Made by a program: the position numbers and the translations under genes
Assembly (NCBI GenBank): GCA_038063915.1
Contig: JBBTUE010000001.1
Location: 107,905 to 171,904 of the forward strand
Direction of reading: 5' to 3'
Length of the DNA stretch: 64,000 nt
DNA from: Patescibacteria group bacterium
GTDB lineage: Bacteria > Patescibacteriota > Minisyncoccia > Phycocordibacterales > UBA9973
The notes under the pieces: generated by a model
Seen by the model: only the letters and a program-made list of their open reading frames with translations
The model's database searches: none
What the model was told of the DNA's origin: nothing
Shown: piece after piece, positions 44,990-54,920 of the stretch
Layout: the number at the start of each line of letters is the position of its first letter
How positions within the stretch are numbered: position 1 is the first letter of the stretch

Positions 44990-46492
44990 ATGGAGAAAAA
45001 GAATTTATCATTTTTTAAGAGAATTATAAGAAAAAAACGTACTTGGGTTCTCCTTGTGCTAATCCTTGCCGTTTCTTCTTATTTCATCTTTAGGACAAAT
45101 GATAATTCAAAAAATGTTGTTAGTGATACTGCAAAGTACACAGATTTAAAACAAACTATCCTTGCCACAGGTCAAGCAACCTCAAAAACCGATTTGAATT
45201 TGTCCTTTAATTCAAGTGGCACTGTGCGGTCCCTTAGAGTATCAGTGGGAGACAAAGTTTCCACTGGACAAATACTGGCGAATATTGATCAAGGAGCACA
45301 GCTCGCAAGCCTAACTCAGGCACGTGGTGCCTTGGCAGCAGCCCAGGCCCGTCTTAAAAAGACTTTAGAAGGGGCATCAAGTGAAGATATATCTCTTGCG
45401 CAAGTAAATTTAGATCAAACAAGATTAACCCAAGCAACACTAGTTAAAAATGCTTACCATAATCTTTTAAATTCTACTCCAGAGGCTCTACCTGAAGGTG
45501 GTGTTAGTGATTATATAGCACCGACTATTAGTGGTAGTTATAATGGGGATGTTGAAGGAGATATAAAAATCACAATATATTATACAGGAAGTGGCTCTAG
45601 TTTCTTGGTATCAGGTCTGACATCTGGGGTTGGAGTTGTGACCACAACTACATCTCAGCCGATAGGCAACTCTGGTTTATATATCAAGTTTCCCTCTATA
45701 TCTAATAGTGTTACTAACTGGGTTATAAAAATTCCAAATAAAAAAGCACCAGATTATTTAATCAATTACAACGCCTACCAAGCAGCACTTTCTCAAGCTG
45801 ACCTTGCCATCAAAGCACGTGAAGCCGAACTCGCTATCAAAAAAGCCCAAGCGCGCCCTGCAGATGTAGATCTTGCCCGTGCAGATATTACGACAGCAGA
45901 AGGTCAGGTTCAAGCTGCACAGTCCAAATATGAAGATACAATAATACGTGCACCGGCAGATGGTACAGTCACTAGTATTGATGTCAAAATAGGAGAGTTG
46001 GCCTCGGCTTTAAAGGAGGTTATAATCCTACAAGATATATCAAATGTTTATCTTGAAGCAAATATTAACGAAGCCAATGTAGCAAATGTTAGCATTGGGA
46101 TGCCAGTCGATATTAATTTCGACGCATTTGGAATTGATAAAACCTTTAAAGGTTCTATAACTAAAATTAATCCCTCTTCGACTCTTGTATCTGGGGTAGT
46201 TAGTTATAAAGTAACCTCAAGTATTGAACAATTCAAGGATATAAGACCGGGCATGACCGCAAATATGACTATAAATGTGAAAGATAAACCGCATATAATT
46301 GCAGTTCCAGCCCGCTCAATAATTACCGACAAGGCAGGTAAAAAGACTATTCGAGTTATAACAAATTCAAAAACCAAGACATTTAAGGAGGTAGAAATTT
46401 CAACTGGGTTAGAAGGTGACGGCGGTATGATTGAAGTTACAAAAGGACTAAAAATCGGAGACGAATTTGTAGTTCTAATAAAGACATCATAA
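44990..46492 (+). CDS. HlyD-family periplasmic adaptor (MacA-like membrane fusion protein)
   Basis: N-terminal TM anchor, biotinyl/lipoyl-like hairpin, coiled-coil, beta-barrel; followed by MacB-type ABC genes. Confidence 0.65.
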   Translation: MEKKNLSFFKRIIRKKRTWVLLVLILAVSSYFIFRTNDNSKNVVSDTAKYTDLKQTILATGQATSKTDLNLSFNSSGTVRSLRVSVGDKVSTGQILANIDQGAQLASLTQARGALAAAQARLKKTLEGASSEDISLAQVNLDQTRLTQATLVKNAYHNLLNSTPEALPEGGVSDYIAPTISGSYNGDVEGDIKITIYYTGSGSSFLVSGLTSGVGVVTTTTSQPIGNSGLYIKFPSISNSVTNWVIKIPNKKAPDYLINYNAYQAALSQADLAIKAREAELAIKKAQARPADVDLARADITTAEGQVQAAQSKYEDTIIRAPADGTVTSIDVKIGELASALKEVIILQDISNVYLEANINEANVANVSIGMPVDINFDAFGIDKTFKGSITKINPSSTLVSGVVSYKVTSSIEQFKDIRPGMTANMTINVKDKPHIIAVPARSIITDKAGKKTIRVITNSKTKTFKEVEISTGLEGDGGMIEVTKGLKIGDEFVVLIKTS

Positions 46493-47205
46493 TGTTGATC
46501 GAACTCAAAAATATTATTAAAAATTACGTGAATGGTGACGTAGTTACAAAAGTTTTGCGTGGAGTTGACCTCTCTATAGACGAAGGGGAATTTCTTGCGA
46601 TTATGGGTCCGTCTGGTTCTGGTAAATCTACTCTCATGCATATCATAGGCTTCTTGGACAGACCAACAGAGGGTTCGTATAATTTTAACGACGAAGATAC
46701 TAAAGATTTTACTGACGATGAGTTAGCCCATATTCGTAACGAAAAAATTGGATTTGTCTTCCAGTCTTTTAATCTACTTCCACGTACTACCGTCCTTGAT
46801 AATGTTATGTTGCCTTTACTCTACAGCAGTTCACAGAAAAATAGTGTTCATCGGGCAAAGGTTGCTCTAGAATCCGTAGGACTTACTGACCGTATGGATT
46901 TTATGAGTAATCAAATATCTGGTGGACAAAAACAACGTGTCGCTATAGCTCGCGCACTAGTGTGTAATCCAAAAGTTATATTTGCAGATGAGCCTACTGG
47001 TAACCTTGATTCCAAAAGCGGGGCAACGGTTATGAATATTCTGGAGACATTAAATAAAGAAGGTCGCACTGTGATACTAGTGACGCATGATATGAATGTG
47101 GCTCTTCATGCAGAGCGTATTGTCACCATAAAAGATGGTGAGATAGTTTCTGATAAAAAAGTCCCAAGTGGAGAGCGAATACACTCCAAGGCATCAATAG
47201 ATTAA
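46492..47205 (+). CDS. ABC transporter ATP-binding protein (MacB/LolD type)
   Basis: Walker A GPSGSGKST, Q-loop, signature ISGGQKQRVAIARAL, Walker B IFADEPTGNLD, H-loop. Confidence 0.9.
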   Translation: MLIELKNIIKNYVNGDVVTKVLRGVDLSIDEGEFLAIMGPSGSGKSTLMHIIGFLDRPTEGSYNFNDEDTKDFTDDELAHIRNEKIGFVFQSFNLLPRTTVLDNVMLPLLYSSSQKNSVHRAKVALESVGLTDRMDFMSNQISGGQKQRVAIARALVCNPKVIFADEPTGNLDSKSGATVMNILETLNKEGRTVILVTHDMNVALHAERIVTIKDGEIVSDKKVPSGERIHSKASID

Positions 47206-47210
47206 TATAT

Positions 47211-48476
47211 ATGAGTAAACTATTCGCAAGCCTACGGTCTACAGTTAAAGATTTACTTACTAGGAAAGGTAGATCTTTTTTGACAGTTTTAGGTATAGTC
47301 ATAGGAGTATCGGGTGTGATAATAATAATTTCACTCGGGGCTGGGGCTCAAACTCTTGTTCTTGGTCAGATCACAAAATTAGGAACTAATATAATAGGTG
47401 TTCTACCAGGCAAAAGCAATGACAACGGTCCACCGGCAGCGGTTTTTGGTGTCCAAGTAAAAACCCTAGTCGAGTCTGATCTTGAGGCTATAAAAGATAA
47501 AAAGAAAGTTCCCAATGTAGTTGAAATAGCTTCTTTTGTGCGCGGAAATGTAACAATTACATCTGGCAAGGAGAGTGTTGACACTAGTTTTACTGCAACA
47601 GATAGTAGTTATCCAAGAGTTCAAAATGTAGAGATGGACCACGGTTCTTTCTTCTCTGATGAAGAAGGCCGAGCATCAGCCAATGTCATAGTCCTCGGCT
47701 ATGATGTGGCTTTGGCGCTTTTTCCTAACGGTGGCGATATGGGCTCAATAGTGAAAATAAAATCCCCTAATAATGATATAGGCAGTATACCTTTTCGAGT
47801 TATTGGTGTACAAAAAAAGCTCGGCACCGTGGCATTTCAAAATCAAGATGATCAAGTTTTCATACCTTTCTCTATTGGCCAGAGGCAATTACTAGGGATT
47901 AACTATATCCAGTTTGTGCGTATGAAAGTTGACGACTCACAAAACATAAAAATTGCCATGGAAGATGTTAGAAGAGTTCTGCGCGAAGAACATCGGATAA
48001 CTAATTCAGAAAATGATGATTTTTCTGTGCGCGATTTAGTAGACGCAATAAAGGTTCTCACTAGTATCACCGATGCCCTCCGGATGTTCTTGGGTCTAAT
48101 GGCCTCTATATCACTTATTGTCGGAGGGATTGGTATTATGAATATTATGCTAGTTACAGTATCAGAGCGTACTCGCGAGATTGGCTTACGTAAATCAATA
48201 GGAGCAACTAGGAAGCAGATACGCAATCAGTTTTTATTTGAGGCCATCCTACTTACTTTTACAGGTGGCATTATAGGAATATTGTTTGGTATATTACTTT
48301 CGTATCTTATAACTATAGGCGTAAGATTTGCAGGATACGATTGGGCATTCATTATTTCTCCAACTGCAGTAGTACTCGCCACTTTAGTCTCTATAATCAC
48401 CGGGATAGTTTTTGGCTTATATCCGGCACTTAAAGCTGCCAAACTTGACCCGATTGTAGCCCTACGATATGAGTAA
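47211..48476 (+). CDS. ABC transporter permease, FtsX/MacB-type
   Basis: N-terminal TM, large periplasmic MacB_PCD domain, C-terminal FtsX 3-TM bundle. Confidence 0.8.
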   Translation: MSKLFASLRSTVKDLLTRKGRSFLTVLGIVIGVSGVIIIISLGAGAQTLVLGQITKLGTNIIGVLPGKSNDNGPPAAVFGVQVKTLVESDLEAIKDKKKVPNVVEIASFVRGNVTITSGKESVDTSFTATDSSYPRVQNVEMDHGSFFSDEEGRASANVIVLGYDVALALFPNGGDMGSIVKIKSPNNDIGSIPFRVIGVQKKLGTVAFQNQDDQVFIPFSIGQRQLLGINYIQFVRMKVDDSQNIKIAMEDVRRVLREEHRITNSENDDFSVRDLVDAIKVLTSITDALRMFLGLMASISLIVGGIGIMNIMLVTVSERTREIGLRKSIGATRKQIRNQFLFEAILLTFTGGIIGILFGILLSYLITIGVRFAGYDWAFIISPTAVVLATLVSIITGIVFGLYPALKAAKLDPIVALRYE

Positions 48477-49725
48477 ATATTTTAAACAAGCATTAAAAGG
48501 TATTATGGCAAGTCCATCTCGGACGCTATTAACCACACTTGGTATCATGATAGGTATAGGCACAGTCATACTCGTCTTATCGACTGGAGAAGGTTTTAAA
48601 AGTTATATTAATTCCCAGATTGATGCTTTTGGTTCCAATACTGTCATTGTTCAAACATCCGTACCTTCCTCTACAAAAGCTCGTGCGGGGGGTGAATCAA
48701 AAGATCCCAATAACTCTGCGGTAAATGCTGTCCCCATAACAACATTAAAAGAAAAAGATATAAAAGATATTAAAACTCTTTCAAATGTCAAGAATGCTTA
48801 TGGAGCTACACTGGGCCAGCAGGTTGTGACTTATGAGAGTGTATCAAAAAATGTATTTATATTTGGTGCAGATAGCTCGAGGTTTGATATTGATAAAGGT
48901 GTTATCTCAAATGGGAGAGGGTACTCCAATGAAGAAGACAAATCCCTTTCGCAAGTAGCAATACTAGGTCACGATATATCAGTCGATTTATTCGGAGAAA
49001 ATGACCCAATTGGTAAAATTGTAAGAGTTGGTAATTATAATTTTGAAGTTATTGGAGTTTATGATCGTCGAGGTAGCTTTGGGTTCTCAAATGATGATGA
49101 ACAAGTATTCATACCTCTATCTACCTTACAGAAGAAAATACTTGGTATCGACTACCTACTATATTCCGTAGTAGAGCTTGAGGACAATAAGAAGGCTGAT
49201 GCGACATCATTAGATATTGGTGACCTTCTAAGACACAATCACTCTATAACAGATCCAGTCCGTGATGACTTCAAAGTTCAAACTCAAGCGGAAAGTTTGA
49301 GTACGTTTGATTCAATACTTCAAGCTGTTACGCTCTTGCTCATCGCTATTGCTTGTATATCACTGGTTGTAGGGGGAGTCGGAGTGATGAATATTATGTA
49401 TGTGGTAGTGACTGAGCGCATAGCCGAGGTAGGCTTAAAGAAAGCACTAGGTGCACGAAATCGCGATATACTCTATGAGTTCCTAATTGAAGCTGTAATG
49501 CTTACTGTCTTGGGTGGAGTTTTGGGTATAATAGGCGGAGCATTCTTTTCTTTTATAGTGTCGAAAATTGCCCAGAGTTTAGGCTTCGCCTGGAAACTTA
49601 TCATACCTCTCTGGGGGATAATTTTATCAGTTTCTATATCTATGATTATAGGTGTGGTTTTTGGGGTTTTTCCAGCTCGTAATGCAGCCCGCCTCAACCC
49701 GATTGAGGCTCTTAATAAAGAGTAA
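48469..49725 (+). CDS. ABC transporter permease, FtsX/MacB-type (second copy)
   Basis: Same architecture as 47211 gene; overlapping start. Confidence 0.8.
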   Translation: MSKYFKQALKGIMASPSRTLLTTLGIMIGIGTVILVLSTGEGFKSYINSQIDAFGSNTVIVQTSVPSSTKARAGGESKDPNNSAVNAVPITTLKEKDIKDIKTLSNVKNAYGATLGQQVVTYESVSKNVFIFGADSSRFDIDKGVISNGRGYSNEEDKSLSQVAILGHDISVDLFGENDPIGKIVRVGNYNFEVIGVYDRRGSFGFSNDDEQVFIPLSTLQKKILGIDYLLYSVVELEDNKKADATSLDIGDLLRHNHSITDPVRDDFKVQTQAESLSTFDSILQAVTLLLIAIACISLVVGGVGVMNIMYVVVTERIAEVGLKKALGARNRDILYEFLIEAVMLTVLGGVLGIIGGAFFSFIVSKIAQSLGFAWKLIIPLWGIILSVSISMIIGVVFGVFPARNAARLNPIEALNKE

Positions 49726-49746
49726 TAAAAATGATATAATCTAGAT

Positions 49747-50532
49747 ATGGAAACAATATTAAACAATAAGAGGTTTATAAAAATAACAGTTATTTTTATG
49801 GCGCTACTGTCATTACTAGTACTTGCCAAATTTATTAATGAGGTTAAAAAAGGTGATCACATTAGCCGAAACGGAAGTCAGCAGAATGTTATTACAGTAA
49901 GTGGTAAAGGGGAAGTCATAGCAATATCAGACATAGCGATAATATCAGTTAATCTAAATAGAGAAGGAGCAACAGCAAAAGAAGCACAGAATCTTTTGAA
50001 TGCGCAAATTACCAAAACTCTCGAATATTTAAAAACTCAAAAAATTGAGGACAAAGATATAAAATCAGAATATGGAGGCATAAATCCAAAATATTCATAC
50101 AATCCAATGAATTGCTTTACCTATCCTTGCCCACAAAATACAAAGATCACTGGTTACACTGCTACCCAGTCCATTACAATAAAAGTTCGTGAAGTTGATA
50201 ACTCAAATGAAGTTCGTACAGGATTAGCAAATCTTGGAAATACCGATATTAGTGGCCCAACCTTTTCAATAGATAATCAAGATGTTCTCAATGATCAGGC
50301 CAGAAGTATAGCCATCAATGATGCTCGAGAGAAAGCCAAAGTTCTCGCCCGTGATCTCCATGTTCGTTTAGGAAAAATTACTAGCTTCTCAGAAAATGGT
50401 GGTGGGTATCCGATGATGTATGCCAAGGCAGAGATGATGGATTCTTCCGCTGGCTCTGCTCCAGCGCCGACACTACCCAAAGGCGAGAACAAGATAATCT
50501 CAAACGTCACTATTACATACGAGATAAGATAA
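49747..50532 (+). CDS. SIMPL-domain (DUF541) secreted/periplasmic protein
   Basis: Signal/anchor helix then ITVSGKGEV...ISVNLNREGATAKEAQN...ITGYTATQSITIKV pattern of DUF541. Confidence 0.55.
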   Translation: METILNNKRFIKITVIFMALLSLLVLAKFINEVKKGDHISRNGSQQNVITVSGKGEVIAISDIAIISVNLNREGATAKEAQNLLNAQITKTLEYLKTQKIEDKDIKSEYGGINPKYSYNPMNCFTYPCPQNTKITGYTATQSITIKVREVDNSNEVRTGLANLGNTDISGPTFSIDNQDVLNDQARSIAINDAREKAKVLARDLHVRLGKITSFSENGGGYPMMYAKAEMMDSSAGSAPAPTLPKGENKIISNVTITYEIR

Positions 50533-50550
50533 CTAGTTTATATCAAAAAT

Positions 50551-50573
50551 GCCCCTGTTTTAGGGGCGTTTTT
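50551..50573 (+). terminator. intrinsic terminator GCCCCT-GTTTT-AGGGGC + T-run
   Basis: Perfect 6-bp GC stem followed by GTTTTTG; after SIMPL gene. Confidence 0.6.
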
Positions 50574-50578
50574 GATAT

Positions 50579-50607
50579 TTGACTTTATGGCTCTAAAAGC
50601 GTACTAT
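50579..50607 (+). promoter_or_regulatory. sigma70-like promoter for secE-nusG-rplK (TTGACT - 17 nt - TACTAT)
   Basis: Near-consensus -35 and -10 hexamers with 17-nt spacer ~55 nt upstream of secE; followed by CCC-UUCG-GGG mini-hairpin + U-run in the leader. Confidence 0.5.
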
Positions 50608-50663
50608 ATTTGCATAAGCCCTTCGGGGTGGTTTTTAATAAGAGGAGATAAATCAGATTATAT

Positions 50664-50849
50664 ATGAACAAAACTATTGAATATTTTAAAGAGGTAAGAG
50701 CTGAGATGAAGAATGTAACTTGGCCAACCCGCAAACAAACCATGTTTTTCACATTGGCCGTCTTAATAGTTTCTTTATTTGTGGCCTATTATCTAGGTGC
50801 ATTAGACAAGGTATTCTCAAAAGGTCTTGAATGGGTACTTACAAAATAA
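50664..50849 (+). CDS. secE: preprotein translocase subunit SecE
   Basis: 61 aa, KEVRAEMKNVTWPTRKQTMFFTLAVLIVSLFVAYYLGALD single-TM SecE. Confidence 0.85.
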   Translation: MNKTIEYFKEVRAEMKNVTWPTRKQTMFFTLAVLIVSLFVAYYLGALDKVFSKGLEWVLTK

Positions 50850-50886
50850 CCTGCCTGCCGGTAGGCAAGCAATATATTTATAAAAT

Positions 50887-51441
50887 ATGGCAAAACAAGA
50901 ATTAAAAGGTGAGAGAAATTGGTACGCGATACATACATACGCAGGGTATGAGAATGCTGTTATGCGCAATTTAAAACAGCGCATTGATTCGCTCGGCATG
51001 AATGATAAAATTTTTAGCGTCGTGGTACCAACTGAAAATAAAATAAAAATCAAAGGTGGTAAACGCGTTGAAGTAGAAGAGAAAGTTTACCCTGGCTACG
51101 TACTTGTAGATATGATAGTTGATGACAATTCTTGGTATGTAGTTCGCAATACTCCTCGTGTGACTGGATTCGTTGGAGCAGGAGTTAATCCTGTCCCACT
51201 AAACAAACAAGAAGTGGATGATTTGTTTGGAAGAATGGATAAAGCAAGTGGCGCTGCTGGTAAGCATCAGATTGATGTCGAGGCAGGTGAGATAGTCCGC
51301 ATAGCCGACGGTCCATTCAAAGATCTAGAAGGCAAAGTTAGTGACGTAGATGTTGAGCGTGGTAAAGTCAAAGTTCTGGTCTCGATGTTCGGTCGTGAAA
51401 CACCAGTAGAATTAGACTTCTTGCAAATTAAAAAATTATAA
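50887..51441 (+). CDS. nusG: transcription termination/antitermination factor NusG
   Basis: NGN domain (NWYAIHTYAGYENAV) and C-terminal KOW (GEIVRIADGPFKDLEGKV). Confidence 0.9.
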   Translation: MAKQELKGERNWYAIHTYAGYENAVMRNLKQRIDSLGMNDKIFSVVVPTENKIKIKGGKRVEVEEKVYPGYVLVDMIVDDNSWYVVRNTPRVTGFVGAGVNPVPLNKQEVDDLFGRMDKASGAAGKHQIDVEAGEIVRIADGPFKDLEGKVSDVDVERGKVKVLVSMFGRETPVELDFLQIKKL

Positions 51442-51454
51442 TTAATAAAAATAT

Positions 51455-51880
51455 ATGGCAACTAAAAAAATAACAAAAAAAGTAAAATTACAAATCCCAG
51501 CTGCAAAAGCAACCCCTGCGCCACCACTCGGTCCTGCGCTCGGTCAAGCTGGAGTCAACATTGCAGAGTTCTGTCAGAAGTTCAATGCCATGACGCAGTC
51601 TATGGCAGGTGAGATAGTCGGATGTGTAATCTCAGTTTATGAGGATCGCACTTACGATATCAAAGTCAAGACTCCTCCAGTTGCTGGCCTTATATTCAAA
51701 GCTGCAGGCATAGAAAAGGGTTCAGGCAAGCCAAATACCGCAAAGGCAGGCAAGATCACAAAGGCTCAGGTAAAAGAGATAGCTATAAAGAAAATGCCAG
51801 ACTTAAACGCAAAAGATATCGAAGGCGCTATGAAAATCATCGAGGGTTCAGCTCGTTCTGCAGGAATTACAGTTGAATAG
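51455..51880 (+). CDS. rplK: 50S ribosomal protein L11
   Basis: [22 protein letters not shown]... conserved L11. Confidence 0.95.
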   Translation: MATKKITKKVKLQIPAAKATPAPPLGPALGQAGVNIAEFCQKFNAMTQSMAGEIVGCVISVYEDRTYDIKVKTPPVAGLIFKAAGIEKGSGKPNTAKAGKITKAQVKEIAIKKMPDLNAKDIEGAMKIIEGSARSAGITVE

Positions 51881-51886
51881 TTTTTT

Positions 51887-51912
51887 AAAATCTCCCTTTA
51901 TGGGGAGATTTT
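51887..51912 (+). terminator. hairpin AAATCTCCC-TTTATG-GGGAGATTT after rplK
   Basis: 9-bp stem read directly; A/T tracts are part of the stem. Confidence 0.45.
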
Positions 51913-51919
51913 AGTTCAT

Positions 51920-52924
51920 ATGAAAAAGAAAAGCCAGACATCATTACTTGGTAATATTTTACAGAAAGTCGCACCGAAGATAGGCGCAACTGTGCTTATG
52001 GAACCCGAGTGGGGAGTTGTCGGGCAGATTACATTCAAGAGTGGCAAGAAGAGCTACACCAGATATAACACTGTAGATATGAATAGTATCGGCTCGTCAG
52101 ATGTCGCTCGCGACAAAGACTATGCCAACTTTTTTATGAAGCGCATGGGGTATCCGGTAGTAGAAGGAAAAACGTTTTTCTCTAAGACTTGGGCTCGCGC
52201 TATAGGGTCTAAAAGAAATATTGATACAGGTTATAAATATGCGAAAAAATTGGGATTTCCAATAGTGGTCAAGCCCAATAGCGGTAGCCAAGGCGTGGGC
52301 GTTGCCCTCGTTTCAAATAAGCAAGAATTCTATAGAGCAATGCGGTTCGTATTTAAAGGTGATAAAGTTGCTCTTGTGCAGAAATACCTTGTGGGTAAAG
52401 ATTATAGAATTGTTGTTCTAGATAAGAAAATAATTTCTGCCTACGAGCGTATACCGCTCTCTGTCATGGGCGACGGGAAACTTTCCATAGAGAAGTTACT
52501 AAACAAAAAGAAAAAATATTTTAATAATATAAATCGCGATATAAAAATTGATACAAAAGACTCAAGAATTAAAGAAAAGTTAAAAAGGCAAAAGCTGAGC
52601 TTGAAATCTGTATTACCAAAAGGAAAGCTTGTCTACCTCCTCGATAATGCAAATCTTTCTACAGGGGGAGATTCGGTAGATGTAACAAACGCGATACACC
52701 CACTATTTAAAAAGCTCGCAGTAAAACTGACTAGTGATATGGGTCTTCGGCTTTGCGGGGTAGACTTGATGATAGTAGGAAACATAAAGGAAAAACCTAA
52801 TAAATATTGGGTTCTAGAGGTAAACGCTGCCCCAGGACTAGACCACTACGTAACTACAGGTAAGGCTCAACAAAAAATTGTCGAGGATCTTTATCTTGAG
52901 GTTCTAAAAAGTATGGATAAGTAG
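51920..52924 (+). CDS. stand-alone ATP-grasp enzyme, cyanophycin-synthetase-N-domain-like
   Basis: ATP-grasp fold motifs: FPIVVKPNSGSQGVGV, KYLVGKDYRIVVLD, NLSTGGDSVDVTNAIHP, WVLEVNAAPGLDHY (resembles CphA ATP-grasp). Confidence 0.55.
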   Translation: MKKKSQTSLLGNILQKVAPKIGATVLMEPEWGVVGQITFKSGKKSYTRYNTVDMNSIGSSDVARDKDYANFFMKRMGYPVVEGKTFFSKTWARAIGSKRNIDTGYKYAKKLGFPIVVKPNSGSQGVGVALVSNKQEFYRAMRFVFKGDKVALVQKYLVGKDYRIVVLDKKIISAYERIPLSVMGDGKLSIEKLLNKKKKYFNNINRDIKIDTKDSRIKEKLKRQKLSLKSVLPKGKLVYLLDNANLSTGGDSVDVTNAIHPLFKKLAVKLTSDMGLRLCGVDLMIVGNIKEKPNKYWVLEVNAAPGLDHYVTTGKAQQKIVEDLYLEVLKSMDK

Positions 52925-52974
52925 TTCTTGACTCAATCATAATTTAGGGTAGTATAAAAGAAAAACTTCATTTT

Positions 52975-53775
52975 ATGAGACCTAAAAAGCTTCTCTGGAA
53001 AGATAGGGATGCTGACCTCAAGGGTCTCATCCGCTACTATGACCTGAACCATAGGTTCAAAGTCATGTATTACCGGACCAACCTTTTGGTCCATACAAGG
53101 CGAGTTGAAGCCATAATAGAGACTCTTATACCGTTAGCGCAAAAGTGCTACGAAGGATTTGACCCTCATTTGGCACGGCTTATAAGTCGGTATCACGATG
53201 ATCCTGAACTTATAGCAAAGCGGGGGGATGTATCTCTACAGCTTAAACTTAAAATGGGAGACTATGAAAAAGAAGTATTGAAAAAAGAAGAAATAAGAGC
53301 AATCGATAAAATATCAAACTACTACCCTAAAATGGTAGATGAATATTGCTACAGAGAAATCTTATTGCATGCTCTAAACAAAGACTGTCGTGAGGCACAA
53401 TTACATTCATTTGCGGATAAACATGACGGCAATTGTGAAGCTCTCCATGAAGTTCTTGCTGGAAATACAGTATTCCTTGAGCCGGTTTTAAACTACAGCT
53501 CAGAGATATTCACTAAGCGCAAAAGCAAGTTCTTCCTGATTGAAGAAATGTTTGATTCTGATATAGAAAAACAGAATCCATTTCTACAGTTTCCAGTACT
53601 TGATCTCATGAACTTTTTTAAGAATGGCAAGCTGAAAACTGTTCCTCATACCGAGGAGACGATAAAGCGCAACAGCTATATTCCATATTATGAAATGTGG
53701 AAAAATGTTACTCTGAGTACTTTCCCAAATGGTATTGAATTACTCACAAAACAAACAGAATTTCAAAACAAATAA
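52975..53775 (+). CDS. HD-domain protein (putative phosphohydrolase)
   Basis: LLVHTRRVEAI ... RYHDDPE (H...HD motif) ... D; weak. Confidence 0.4.
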   Translation: MRPKKLLWKDRDADLKGLIRYYDLNHRFKVMYYRTNLLVHTRRVEAIIETLIPLAQKCYEGFDPHLARLISRYHDDPELIAKRGDVSLQLKLKMGDYEKEVLKKEEIRAIDKISNYYPKMVDEYCYREILLHALNKDCREAQLHSFADKHDGNCEALHEVLAGNTVFLEPVLNYSSEIFTKRKSKFFLIEEMFDSDIEKQNPFLQFPVLDLMNFFKNGKLKTVPHTEETIKRNSYIPYYEMWKNVTLSTFPNGIELLTKQTEFQNK

Positions 53776-53806
53776 AAAGGCCCCAGTCTCTACTGGAGCC
53801 TTTTTA
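53774..53806. terminator. bidirectional terminator AAAAAGGCCCCAGT-CTCT-ACTGGAGCCTTTTT
   Basis: Stem with one mismatch flanked by A5/T5; between convergent HD gene (+) and efp (-). Confidence 0.55.
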
Positions 53807-53819
53807 AGTTCAAGGTTAT

Positions 53820-54395
53820 TTACGAAACCCTCTCGACATATTCACCAGTCTCAGTATTGACTCGGATTTTATCTCCAGCTTCTATGAAGAATGGGGCACT
53901 GATTTTTATACCATTCTCTAGTATGACAATTTTCCCTCCGCCGTTGGCAGTATTGCCCTTTATAGATGGGGGAGCTTCTTTGACGATAAACTCCATCTTT
54001 ACTGGTAGTTTTATATTTATTATCTGGTCTTCTCCATCATTGTCCCATACCATGGCAGTTACTATCTCATCGGGTTTTAAATATTTTGATGTTTCACCGA
54101 TTATTTTCTCTGGTAACTGAAATCTATCTTTTGGATTCTCTGGATCTGCGAACCAGAACTCGCCTTTGTTCGTATAAAGAAACTTCACATCTTTTTTATT
54201 TATTTCCGCTTCATCAGCTTTATCGGATGCATGGAAAACTGTATTCCAAGTACGGCCGGAAAGTAGGCTCTTGAGCTTGACCTGATTTTGGGGTTTTCTC
54301 TGTTGTGTCCGTGCAACATGAGCCTCCATGACTTCACACGGCTCATTCTCATATATTATTATTTTCCTTTCTCTTATTTCGCTGTATTCAAGCAT
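53820..54395 (-). CDS. efp: elongation factor P
   Basis: Three OB/KOW-like domains, conserved EF-P sequence; N-terminal region matches the conserved EF-P KOW-like domain. Confidence 0.9.
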   Translation of the reverse strand: MLEYSEIRERKIIIYENEPCEVMEAHVARTQQRKPQNQVKLKSLLSGRTWNTVFHASDKADEAEINKKDVKFLYTNKGEFWFADPENPKDRFQLPEKIIGETSKYLKPDEIVTAMVWDNDGEDQIINIKLPVKMEFIVKEAPPSIKGNTANGGGKIVILENGIKISAPFFIEAGDKIRVNTETGEYVERVS

Positions 54396-54501
54396 GCGCT
54401 ATTCTAGCTCATTTTCTATACCTTTTCAACCCATTGACAAATCATATAAAAACGTTAGAATTATAAAAAACTAGTTTCATTCAAACCTTAAAAGTATTTG
54501 T

Positions 54502-54870
54502 ATGAACCATCCACATAGAACTGCTGCAAACATTTTTTTTACACTTAGTACATTACCAATATTAGGGATATACATTCTCTATTTCAGTAAGAGTCTCACT
54601 ATCACTGAAGTATGGGGATTACTTGCCTGTAGCATGCTCCTGGTGCTTATGTGTAAAAAATTTGAAGAAACAATGGCCGATTACATGAGTCCACAATTAG
54701 TTGAGCCCCTCATTATAATTAAATTATTGAGCTACATATTGCTATGTAAAGTGCTAATAAACCTTATAAGTCCAGGCTGGGGTTGGTGGATACTAAGTAC
54801 ACTCGCCGGTGTTATAGCAATCGCCATAGAAATATATGGTCCGCCTTTAAGACGAGGTAGAGATAATTAA
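54502..54870 (+). CDS. hypothetical small membrane protein
   Basis: 122 aa, 3-4 hydrophobic helices, no motif. Confidence 0.35.
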   Translation: MNHPHRTAANIFFTLSTLPILGIYILYFSKSLTITEVWGLLACSMLLVLMCKKFEETMADYMSPQLVEPLIIIKLLSYILLCKVLINLISPGWGWWILSTLAGVIAIAIEIYGPPLRRGRDN

Positions 54871-54888
54871 ATATTTTTTGATGAAAAT

Positions 54889-54920
54889 AAAAAAGGTGCA
54901 TCTTACGATGCACCTTTTTC
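54889..54920. terminator. bidirectional terminator AAAAAAGGTGCATC-TTAC-GATGCACCTTTTT
   Basis: Perfect 8-bp stem with A6/T5 flanks between convergent genes (54502 + and recA -). Confidence 0.65.
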
